NCBI GenBank assembly: GCA_049472315.1
Contig: JBLIRN010000058.1
Location: 1 to 17,056, forward strand
From: a bacterium
Lineage (GTDB): Bacteria > SZUA-182 > DTGQ01 > JAFGSM01
Direction of reading: 5' to 3'
DNA: 17,056 nt
Shown: in pieces, positions 1 through 8,185 of the stretch
Numbering within the stretch: the first letter of the stretch is position 1
Layout of the letters: each line of letters begins with the position of its first letter
Position numbers and translations under genes: made by a program
The notes under the pieces: generated by a model
Seen by the model: only the letters and a program-made list of their open reading frames with translations
The model's database searches: none
What the model was told of the DNA's origin: nothing

Positions 1-272
1 GGGAAATTCGTCTTAAAAAAGAAATATGTAATTCCATGTAGATAAAATCCATCACCACAAACCCGATGTAATACCACTATCTAATCGAAGTGGTATATCG
101 TATCCTATCCCATGAAGCGTTTAAGGGAATTATTATTTTCCCATTGGGACTGGGAGGGAAAATCACGTAAAGGGGGGTGATACAACGCACTATTTCATCT
201 AACAATTATTGATAATTCCGACTTCTGAGAAATTTACATCTTTGATTGGATTGATAGGGGGTTTAGAGCATA

Positions 273-875
273 ATGAAAAGAGGTAATACTACGTTATTCC
301 GGTTCCTGGGCCTGTGTGTAACAGCGTTATTAATTGCGTTTCTTTCCGCATCTCCTTGCGCCTTTGCAAGAGGCGGTGCCGTTGGTGGCCTCGGCGGCGG
401 CCTCGGCGGGGTGATGGTCAGTCCTGTGATGGCCGGAGCCGGTGCTGCCACAGGTCAGCTCGGTCTCATGGCGGGCGCCGGATTAATGGGCGGCGGTCTT
501 ATGGCCATGGGCACGGGATATATGAACCAGTATGGCGCGCAGGCTGCCGGATTAATGGGCGCAGGCGCAGGGTATATGAGCCAGTATGGCGCAGGTCCCG
601 GTGCCGCGATGGCGGGCATGTACGGCACCATGGCCGGGTACGGCCCAATGTTTCAGGCCTCTGCAGCGGGCGCCGGACTCATGGGCGCGGGTTACATGAA
701 TCAGTATGGCGCAGCTCAGGGTGCAGGCTATATGAATATGGGACAGGGCGCCATGTACCAGTACGGAGCAAACGCCGGCAATTGGATGAACCAGAGCGGA
801 TATATGATGCAGAACATGATGCAGAATATGTATAACTGGAACTACCAGAATGCCATCCCATACGAGGTGGAATAG
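273..875 (+). CDS. Secreted low-complexity Gly/Ala/Met/Tyr/Gln repeat protein (hypothetical)
   Basis: ATG preceded by a G-rich RBS-like tract. Sec-type signal peptide (MKR, hydrophobic core, AFA cleavage site). Mature part is nearly uncharged with repeated GLMG and YM(N/S)QYGA units. Followed by a strong hairpin. Confidence 0.8.
   Translation: MKRGNTTLFRFLGLCVTALLIAFLSASPCAFARGGAVGGLGGGLGGVMVSPVMAGAGAATGQLGLMAGAGLMGGGLMAMGTGYMNQYGAQAAGLMGAGAGYMSQYGAGPGAAMAGMYGTMAGYGPMFQASAAGAGLMGAGYMNQYGAAQGAGYMNMGQGAMYQYGANAGNWMNQSGYMMQNMMQNMYNWNYQNAIPYEVE
477..770 (+). repeat. Intragenic imperfect repeats encoding AGLMG and YMxQYGA
   Basis: gccggattaatgggcg at 477-492 and 546-561. ta(t/c)atga..cagtatggcgc at 519-538, 573-592 and 693-712. 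Diverged copy (MYQYGA) at 753-770. Confidence 0.85.
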
Positions 876-919
876 GCCCGTTGATTGAAAAAAATTATCG
901 TATGTTTTGATGGTTTCGA

Positions 920-969
920 GGGGATTTCCCCGGGGTGCACCCCGGGGAAATCCCCCTTATTTCTTTTCT
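920..969 (+). terminator. Intrinsic terminator candidate: 36-bp perfect palindrome plus T-rich tail
   Basis: ggggatttccccggggtg|caccccggggaaatcccc (920-955) is a perfect inverted repeat 45 nt after the stop at 875, followed by cttatttcttttct. Confidence 0.75.
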
Positions 970-1314
970 CCTTCCATTGAATGGAAAGATTTCTCCCCCG
1001 CCGGGCATTTCCTCAGAACATTGGACAATAAAGGCAATCATGGATACCTGTATCGGTCACCATCAGGCTGGGGATGAATGTGAAGGTTATTTTTATAATT
1101 TAAGGATTCACCTCATGAGATCGAAACGCTGAAGCACATGTGCCGCAGCGCCGGCATGGCCGAGAGTGTCCTTACAATGGCCGCGCAGGGACGACATAAA
1201 TATTTACAATAAAAACAAATTATTTTAATATCATATACAGCAGTGGACTTAGATAGCCGATGTTTGTATGATCCTCGTAATGAACATGCGATATTGAAAA
1301 GGAAGAAAACAATT

Positions 1315-2334
1315 ATGCACGCACCTGATGGTTTCTATAACACGGGCCTTTGTATCGTAATGGATGGGGTCTGTTTGGGCGTCATCGCCTATAGTGTAAA
1401 AAAGGTATTGAAGAAGCTCGATCGCAAAGTGGTGGCCCTTGCTGCGACAGTCGGCGCCCTTGTCTTCGCGGTCCAGATGGCGAATTTTTGCGTGAGCAAG
1501 GGCTCCTCCTGCCATTTCATGGGAGGTGTGTTTGCCTCCATCATCCTGGGTCCCTATCTGTCAACCATCATGGTCAGCATTATGCACCTTGTCCAGGTCT
1601 TTGTTTTCCAAGACGGAGGGGTGCTCAGCCTTGGGCCGAATCTCCTCACCATCGTCATCATAAGCACATTCCTGGGATATTACCTCTATCGCATCTTCAA
1701 GTCCCTGGTCATCGAACCCTACGGCACCTATATCGGCGCCTTCATCTCTGCATGGCTCACCCTTTTGATCACGGCGATTACCGTTTCCACAATGCTCGCC
1801 TTGTCGGGTGTTGACTCCATGGCGGCAACCCTTGGCCCCATGGTGGGCCCGCATGTTCTGGTGGGGGCGATGGAGGGTCTCGTTACGGTACTGCTGCTGC
1901 TTGTTGTTCAACGGATGAGCCCCGATCTCCTCAATGCCTCCCGGTATTACACCGGGAAGGTCATGCCGGCGGGATACGGAAAAAGCCGGATAAAGACACA
2001 GCATCTTCTTTTGCTCATTGCCCTCTTCGTCGGGATCATCTTCTCTCCCTTCGCATCCCGCAATCCTGACGGATTGGAGAAGCTTGCCCTTGACCGTGGC
2101 TTTTCAGAGACCCACACCACCCTCTATTACCATGCCCCTCTGGCGGATTATTATATCCCGGGCGTGGAAAATGAGCGTATGTCCAGGGGATGTGCCGGAT
2201 TCTTGGGAACGTTGATCACCTTTTCGATTTGTTGGGGTATCGGGATGATGCTGGCGCGTAGGGGAAAGGAACTCACCGGTGCGTCGAACATGCGATGCGG
2301 GAGCGAGGTCGTTGGATACGAGAAAAAAGGGTAA
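1315..2334 (+). CDS. cbiM: Ni/Co ECF-transporter S component (CbiM/NikM) fused to a PDGLE (NikN-type) domain
   Basis: True start is ATG 1315, giving the family N-terminus MHAPDGF. His falls at position 67 (SSCHFMGG). Conserved LGP and QxFxFxDGGxxxLGxN motifs. C-terminal FASRNPDGLE motif between two TM helices. CbiM versus NikM specificity cannot be resolved from sequence alone. Confidence 0.88.
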   Translation: MHAPDGFYNTGLCIVMDGVCLGVIAYSVKKVLKKLDRKVVALAATVGALVFAVQMANFCVSKGSSCHFMGGVFASIILGPYLSTIMVSIMHLVQVFVFQDGGVLSLGPNLLTIVIISTFLGYYLYRIFKSLVIEPYGTYIGAFISAWLTLLITAITVSTMLALSGVDSMAATLGPMVGPHVLVGAMEGLVTVLLLLVVQRMSPDLLNASRYYTGKVMPAGYGKSRIKTQHLLLLIALFVGIIFSPFASRNPDGLEKLALDRGFSETHTTLYYHAPLADYYIPGVENERMSRGCAGFLGTLITFSICWGIGMMLARRGKELTGASNMRCGSEVVGYEKKG

Positions 2335-5272
2335 GATTGCCCACAAGATCCTGTGGCCCTTTCTGATCATTTTTGCACTGCTCATCATCTCGCTTGTAGG
2401 GTCTCTGGGGAATTTCGTCAATGAGCAGGTCCGCCTGATCATTCTGCATCAAGCAGAGACAAAGCTCAACGTGGCCCGGCAGCATTTTGAAAACAGCAAG
2501 CAGACAATGCTTTCGGAGATGAGAGAGCTTTCCTCTCTTATCAGCCCCATGCTCCTTGAGCAGGCGCCCCTGCCGATCATTAAAAATGTTCTGAGGTCCA
2601 TCACGAGATTTCACCGGTATTCGATCATCCAGGTGTACGACCCTAACGGAGGTATTATTATGGAAACCGGCCAGGATGAAACGGGGGGGGAAGGGCACCT
2701 GTGTTTTGATTCATTTTTGCAGCATTTCGAGGGATCGGCATCGGAGTGGGTATCGATCAAGGGATGCGACACCGATCTTGCAATCAACCTCTTCATGCCC
2801 ATCCAGGAACAGGGGAAATCGATCGGTTTTGTCAGGCTCTTCCGCCAGTTCGGCCATCACCTCTGTCAGGAGATACAGCGGGAGGTGCAGGTGCCGGTGT
2901 ATCTCTTTATTAACGACAGGGTAATACCCTTCCCTGATACGCACATAAAGGGTGCATCCATCAATCTTCCGCCCTATGTTTTTGATACCGCCCTCCAAAA
3001 GCAGCCGAAGATTGTCGAGCGGGTGTATATCGAGGATAAGGAACATATAGCGGGTTTTCTGCCCTTCGAGGACCCGCACAGCAGGAACGTGGAGGCGCTC
3101 CTTATGATCCTCATGGATACCTCCCTGATCCGGCAGCTTTCCGCAGGAATCATACGAACAGGCGGCTTTTACGGTCTGGTGGGCATTTGTATCCTGGCCT
3201 TCATGGGTATCCTCATTGCCAAGGGGCTCACCCTTCCCCTGGTTGATCTTGTCGGGATGACCAGAAGGGTGGGAGAGGGGGATCTCGATGTGACGATTAG
3301 CACCGGATCCAATGACGAGCTTGGAGAGCTTGCAGAGGCCTTTAACAGGATGGCTAAAAGATTGAATGAAACAACGGTTTCAAGGGATTTCGTAGACAAT
3401 ATTATCGAGAGCATGATGGACCTCTTGTTCGTTGTTGACCGGGATGGGCGGATCCAGATGGCCAACAAGGCGGTGGGCGGTGCATTGGGGTACGGGCGGG
3501 ACGAGATCATCGGGATGATGATCGGGGATCTTTTGCAGGACAAGGAGGACATTTCCCTTTTGCCTTGCGGGGTGCACGGCCAATGCACGGAAGCAGAGGA
3601 TATAAAGGATTACGAGACCTATATGACGGGGAAGGACGGGAAATCATTCCCCGTACTCTTCAGCAAGTCGGTGATGCAGGATAAGGCAGGCGGCGTGATG
3701 TGCGCCGTGTGCACCGCCAAGGATATCTCCCTTCAGAAGTTGGCCGAACAAAAGATACGGGAAAATCAGGAATACCTGAAACGAATACTGGACTCCATTC
3801 AGACAGGCATCATGATCATTGAGGGGGATACCGATACCATATTCGATGTCAATCCGGTTGCCGCCGAAATGATCGGAGCAGCCAAGGAGGCGATTGTCGG
3901 CTCACCGGGGCGTGACTATTTTACACAGGATAATTGGAGTGCCCAGGAGAAGGGAATAATCGGTGTGGAATCCCTGCTCGTAACCTCACAGGGTACAAGG
4001 GTGCCGATCCTCATGTCCCAGAACAACATCGTGTTGAACGGCCGCGGGTATCTCCTCAGGGCCTTTCTGGACATCACCGAGCGGAAACGCATCGAGGAGG
4101 CGGTTCGCCAGAGCGAACTGGCCAAGGCGGAACGGGAAAGGCTTTTTTCACTCCTCGAAACGATGCCCGCGTTGATGTTTCTTCTGGCGCCCGATTATTC
4201 GGTTCCTTTTGCAAATCGTACATTCAGGGAGGTGTTCGGCGAGCCGGGAGGAAGACCCTGCTATGAGATACTTCACGGACGAAAGGAGCCGTGTGAAACA
4301 TGCACATGTTTCCGGGTATTTGAAAAAAATGAGATGATAAAATGGGAATGGACGAATGCACGCGGACGTTCCTATGAGTTTTATGACTGCCCCTATACCG
4401 ATATCGACGGCTCCCCCTTGGTGATTGAGTTGGGGATCGACATCACGGACCGAAAAGAGGCGGAGGAGGCGCGAAAACAGGTTGAGCGCAAGCTTGAGGA
4501 ACAAAGGGCAAAGGCAATCCTTTCGGATCGTTTAAGGTCCTTGGGTGAGATGGCAACCGGGATCGCCCATGAGCTGAATCAACCACTTTCCGGTGTGCGG
4601 GGGCTCGCCGAACATATCCTGATCGGTTTCAACCGGGGCTGGCGCCATTCGGAGGAAACGATCAGGGAAAATGTTGAAATGATTATCGAGCAGACCGATC
4701 GGATGACGCATGTGATCGAGCACACCCGGCTTTTTGCACGGGGTGCGGAGGATTCAGAGCTTGTTCCGGTTCAGGTGAATGAGGTGATAGGTTCGGCGCT
4801 GGGGCTTATCGGCGCGCAACTGCGAGCACGGGGGCTCGTCGTGCAATGCGAATTGGGAGCAGGATTGCCGGCCGTGCTGGCAAATCCCTTCTCCCTTGAA
4901 GAGGTGATACTGAACCTGCTCAACAACGCCAGGGACGCGCTTATGGAAAAGGAAGGGGAGGGCACCCCGGACAATACCCCTCAGGTCATGATACGCACCG
5001 GTGAGACAGGAAAGGATTCGTTGCGCTTCGTCAGCATCGACGTCATTGACCAGGGAACGGGAATACCTCGGGAGGTGCTCGGCAAGGTCTTCGACCCCTT
5101 TTTCACCACCAAGTCTCCTGACCGAGGAACGGGTCTGGGTCTTGCCGTTTCAAAGTCGATTGTCGAGGGGTTCAAGGGAAGCATCGCCATCCGTTCAAAA
5201 CCAGGCAAGGGGACGACGGTCAGCGTTTACCTGCCTGCAATTCAAGAAAATAAGGAACAGGACAATGGCTGA
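2312..5272 (+). CDS. Membrane sensor histidine kinase (2 TM, extracytoplasmic domain, HAMP, three PAS/PAC, HisKA, HATPase)
   Basis: HAMP (DELGELAEAFNRM), PAC-type endings (DIS, DITERK, DITDRK), H-box GIAHELNQPL, N-box NLLNNARDA, DQGTGI, FDPFFTTK, GTGLGL. Start uncertain: TTG 2312 has an upstream GGAG/GAGG; the ORF track uses GTG 2279. Confidence 0.93.
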   Translation: MDTRKKGKIAHKILWPFLIIFALLIISLVGSLGNFVNEQVRLIILHQAETKLNVARQHFENSKQTMLSEMRELSSLISPMLLEQAPLPIIKNVLRSITRFHRYSIIQVYDPNGGIIMETGQDETGGEGHLCFDSFLQHFEGSASEWVSIKGCDTDLAINLFMPIQEQGKSIGFVRLFRQFGHHLCQEIQREVQVPVYLFINDRVIPFPDTHIKGASINLPPYVFDTALQKQPKIVERVYIEDKEHIAGFLPFEDPHSRNVEALLMILMDTSLIRQLSAGIIRTGGFYGLVGICILAFMGILIAKGLTLPLVDLVGMTRRVGEGDLDVTISTGSNDELGELAEAFNRMAKRLNETTVSRDFVDNIIESMMDLLFVVDRDGRIQMANKAVGGALGYGRDEIIGMMIGDLLQDKEDISLLPCGVHGQCTEAEDIKDYETYMTGKDGKSFPVLFSKSVMQDKAGGVMCAVCTAKDISLQKLAEQKIRENQEYLKRILDSIQTGIMIIEGDTDTIFDVNPVAAEMIGAAKEAIVGSPGRDYFTQDNWSAQEKGIIGVESLLVTSQGTRVPILMSQNNIVLNGRGYLLRAFLDITERKRIEEAVRQSELAKAERERLFSLLETMPALMFLLAPDYSVPFANRTFREVFGEPGGRPCYEILHGRKEPCETCTCFRVFEKNEMIKWEWTNARGRSYEFYDCPYTDIDGSPLVIELGIDITDRKEAEEARKQVERKLEEQRAKAILSDRLRSLGEMATGIAHELNQPLSGVRGLAEHILIGFNRGWRHSEETIRENVEMIIEQTDRMTHVIEHTRLFARGAEDSELVPVQVNEVIGSALGLIGAQLRARGLVVQCELGAGLPAVLANPFSLEEVILNLLNNARDALMEKEGEGTPDNTPQVMIRTGETGKDSLRFVSIDVIDQGTGIPREVLGKVFDPFFTTKSPDRGTGLGLAVSKSIVEGFKGSIAIRSKPGKGTTVSVYLPAIQENKEQDNG

Positions 5273-6632
5273 TGACCAATCGCTCAGGATCCTTATTGTC
5301 GACGATGAAAGGATCCTCCATCAGACCCTCTCCAGGTATCTTCATGACCTGGGACACCTCGTGGACAGCACCTTTGAAGGCACTACCGCCCTGGAGATGA
5401 TCACGTCGCGCGAATACCACCTCGTTCTTCTCGATATTCTCATGCCGGGGATGGATGGAATGTCCCTTTTGCCCAAAATCGCCCAGATGCGTCCCGATCT
5501 GCCCATTGTCATGATCACCGGCCACGGAAATATGGACATGGCCATACAGGCCCTGCGATCCGGGGCAGCGGACTTCCTCAGGAAGCCGATCAAGCTGCTC
5601 GAACTGGACGCGGTATTGGAGAAGACATCCCACATCCGTCACCTGAGAGAGGGACAGCAGCACCTCAGGAACACCATACGGGGCATACAAACCGCTGAGG
5701 ACATCCGGCTCAGAAATCGCTCGTTGATCGGACGGAGCAAACAGACGGCGGCGGTGCGCAGGCAGATCCGGCTTGCCGTGGAAGGGGGATGCGATACCAT
5801 CCTGATTACCGGTGAGACCGGGGCCGGCAAGGAGATCGTTGCCCGCGAGATTCATTTTTCCTGCGGTGACGACAGGAGGCCATTCATCGCGGTAAGCTGC
5901 CCAGCCATCCCCGACACCCTTGTCGAGAGTGAGCTTTTCGGCCATGTCAAGGGGGCGTTCACCGGGGCCACCCAGGACAAGGCCGGTGATTTCGAGCTTG
6001 CAGACGGCGGCACCCTCTTTCTCGATGAGATTGCGGATCTTTCCCTTCCTGCGCAGGCAAAGATCCTTCGGGTATTGGAGACGAGGAAATTCAGGAGGGT
6101 GGGGGGATCACGGGAGATTCATACCAGTGTGCGCGTCATTGCAGCCACGAACGCCACGCTGGAAGAATTGGCGGAATCATCCGGATTTCGCAAGGATCTC
6201 TTCTACCGGCTCAATGTCTTTACCATTCATCTTGCCCCTCTCAGGGAGCGCCGTCCGGATATCCTCCCCCTGGCTGAGCACTTCCTCGCCATGTATACTG
6301 TCGGTCGCGGGCTTTGCATCAGCGGTTTTTCAGAGAAGACACGGGAGGCACTCCTCAATTATGATTTTCCGGGAAATGCCCGCGAATTGCGCAATATCAT
6401 TGAGCGGGCGGCAATCTTATGCAGGTCCGGAGAGATCCGGCCCGAGCATCTTAACCTCCCGTCACGAAACGGGAAGCCGGCAATGTTCTTCGATCAGTGT
6501 AATGGGCAAGACGAAAGGGCACGGATTATATCCGCACTTGAAAGGGTGAAATGGAACCGTCGCAAGGCGGCGGAGACCCTCGGCATCCCTTACTCGACAC
6601 TCAATTACAAGATACGAAAATTTGGCATATAG
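5265..6632 (+). CDS. Sigma54-dependent response regulator (NtrC/AtoC family: REC, AAA+, Fis-type HTH)
   Basis: Start ATG 5265 (MADDQSLRILIVDDE) overlaps the kinase stop. Phospho-acceptor in LLDILMPGMDG, Walker A GETGAGKE, intact GAFTGA, Walker B LFLDEI, FPGNAREL, and HTH WNRRKAAETLGI. Confidence 0.95.
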   Translation: MADDQSLRILIVDDERILHQTLSRYLHDLGHLVDSTFEGTTALEMITSREYHLVLLDILMPGMDGMSLLPKIAQMRPDLPIVMITGHGNMDMAIQALRSGAADFLRKPIKLLELDAVLEKTSHIRHLREGQQHLRNTIRGIQTAEDIRLRNRSLIGRSKQTAAVRRQIRLAVEGGCDTILITGETGAGKEIVAREIHFSCGDDRRPFIAVSCPAIPDTLVESELFGHVKGAFTGATQDKAGDFELADGGTLFLDEIADLSLPAQAKILRVLETRKFRRVGGSREIHTSVRVIAATNATLEELAESSGFRKDLFYRLNVFTIHLAPLRERRPDILPLAEHFLAMYTVGRGLCISGFSEKTREALLNYDFPGNARELRNIIERAAILCRSGEIRPEHLNLPSRNGKPAMFFDQCNGQDERARIISALERVKWNRRKAAETLGIPYSTLNYKIRKFGI

Positions 6633-6788
6633 ACGGCTCATTGCAGAGAACGTGACGGGTCTTTGATTAATCATCTGATCGTGGGCGGTTTTTTCAAACA
6701 GTAGACACTCGACCCCTCGAGGACTGGGCGTGTTCCCATCCGACACGGAGTAAAGGATACCCTTTTAAGCCTTTTCTACGAAGTTTTT

Positions 6789-7025
6789 TCAGGCGATCTG
6801 CGCTATGCTCTGGGATATTCCCCTCGCCGAATCCGAACCCAAAAACACGATCAGGCCCTTTTCGATGCCGGCGGCCAGCGCGGGAAGATCCTTAATGCCG
6901 AGGGTATCCTCCGCGATTCCCAGCCTTTTGAACTGCACGGTCAGGGCTGCCGCGGCCATTGATGCACCGATCAAGGGCTCAAGTAACGAATAGACCTTTT
7001 GAACCAACGTATTTGTGTAACTCAT
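6789..7025 (-). CDS. Small helical hypothetical protein (78 aa), translationally coupled to the upstream membrane protein
   Basis: ATG at 7025 forms an ATGA overlap with the TGA of the upstream gene (7022-7024). Sequence MSYTNTLVQK...SIAQIA looks like amphipathic helices. The longer 7226 start overlaps the upstream CDS in another frame. Confidence 0.7.
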   Translation of the reverse strand: MSYTNTLVQKVYSLLEPLIGASMAAAALTVQFKRLGIAEDTLGIKDLPALAAGIEKGLIVFLGSDSARGISQSIAQIA

Positions 7026-7846
7026 GCCTCTCTCCTTGTTGTGCAGGATTGGATCAGCTCCATCTGGTAGAAACCTCCCAGTCCGATCAGAAGATACCCT
7101 GCATTCCATGCCACATCGATGTACGTTGATGGATTCCCGGCACCATACAATCCCACCCAGCCAAGATAGGAGTAAAGGATATCCGCTATGGTCATGGCGA
7201 TAAAGCCCGCTGCGATATACTTCCACGGCCTGGACACGCTTCCCTTACCGAATAGGTAGGTGATATACAGCAAGAAGCCGGCAGGAATGATGAGAAACAG
7301 GTCGCCGATCGGATAGAAAAGGTATACGAATTTCGCAAATACGCTTGTTTCCGGGTCCTTGATGATGGGAATGAGCAACAGGTAGATCAATCCGCCGGTG
7401 ATCACGATGAATACCGCGGAAAGAATCGTATAAGCCTTTGTATTGCCTAATGGAAATCCACTTTTCTTATAGCCGTATATCAACATCGCCAGGCCGGCGA
7501 ACAGGGGAACATACCCTGCAAGCCATGAATAATCCGCAATGGTGGGGAATGTCTCGTTCATATCGAATTTGAAGATGAGTTCCAGGATGGCGTAAATGCT
7601 TTCCCCGCCGAAGAAGAGTATAATGCCGACAAGAAGCAGCATCCATGAGATTTTGGTGGCATCGAATTCCTGGAAGCTTTTGAATGCGGCGGCAAGTCCG
7701 ATACCCGCCACAATGACCGTGATTATCGGGAAAAGGTCGCTCACCACTGCCAGGACATTCTCCCCGCCTATACCAAAAAAATAGAACAACACGTTGATAA
7801 CGACCAAGAACAGCCCCACAATCCATATGGTTTGAGATTTTTTCAT
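7022..7846 (-). CDS. Multi-pass (about 7-8 TM) membrane protein resembling integral-membrane sensory domains
   Basis: Start MKKSQ at 7846 with G-rich RBS. Alternating hydrophobic helices. Motifs FPTIADYSWLAGY, YPIGDL, W..IAAG...IAD..Y and D..W..GY recall membrane input domains of GGDEF proteins and kinases. No cytoplasmic output domain. Confidence 0.75.
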   Translation of the reverse strand: MKKSQTIWIVGLFLVVINVLFYFFGIGGENVLAVVSDLFPIITVIVAGIGLAAAFKSFQEFDATKISWMLLLVGIILFFGGESIYAILELIFKFDMNETFPTIADYSWLAGYVPLFAGLAMLIYGYKKSGFPLGNTKAYTILSAVFIVITGGLIYLLLIPIIKDPETSVFAKFVYLFYPIGDLFLIIPAGFLLYITYLFGKGSVSRPWKYIAAGFIAMTIADILYSYLGWVGLYGAGNPSTYIDVAWNAGYLLIGLGGFYQMELIQSCTTRREA

Positions 7847-8185
7847 CCCTATTCCCCCATTGGTGTGAATGTTTTCATGGACGATTCGCAATCCGTGAGC
7901 ATATGTAGGTATGCATCCTGATTTTCATAGATTATCCTTCGGCATTTTTTGAATGGGGGAACTATGAGGGGATTCTGAGGATTTCCATGCGGCACGGGCC
8001 ATCCGGATGTTTACTATCTTTAGGGTTAGTTGCCCGATTTGTTTTGATAAAAGATATTTTTACACAAGACGCGCCGCAGCCTGCTGTGGGGAGGATTCAT
8101 TGATCCGGTTGTGAAACAATACCGGAACCGTTCTTATGGAATCGGTCATGATCCATATCTGCGGGCGGCGAAAATACGCACCGAT

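Noticed and set aside
45..56. 12-bp word aaatccatcacc repeated at 9007-9018
   Set aside because: A few 12-mer matches are expected by chance in 17 kb, and the flanks do not extend.
960..1314. Cobalamin or NiCo riboswitch, or NikR operator, upstream of cbiM
   Set aside because: No B12-box or other riboswitch core recognised. GTATGA at 1266 has no TCATAC-like half-site at the expected spacing.
1243..1314. Longer N-terminus for CbiM from the ORF track
   Set aside because: The family requires Met1-His2 at the mature N-terminus. ATG 1315 gives MHAPDG and places His at 67, and the extension is not a signal peptide.
5001..5264. 88-aa N-terminal extension of the response regulator
   Set aside because: It overlaps the kinase ATPase domain in another frame; the receiver domain starts at ATG 5265.
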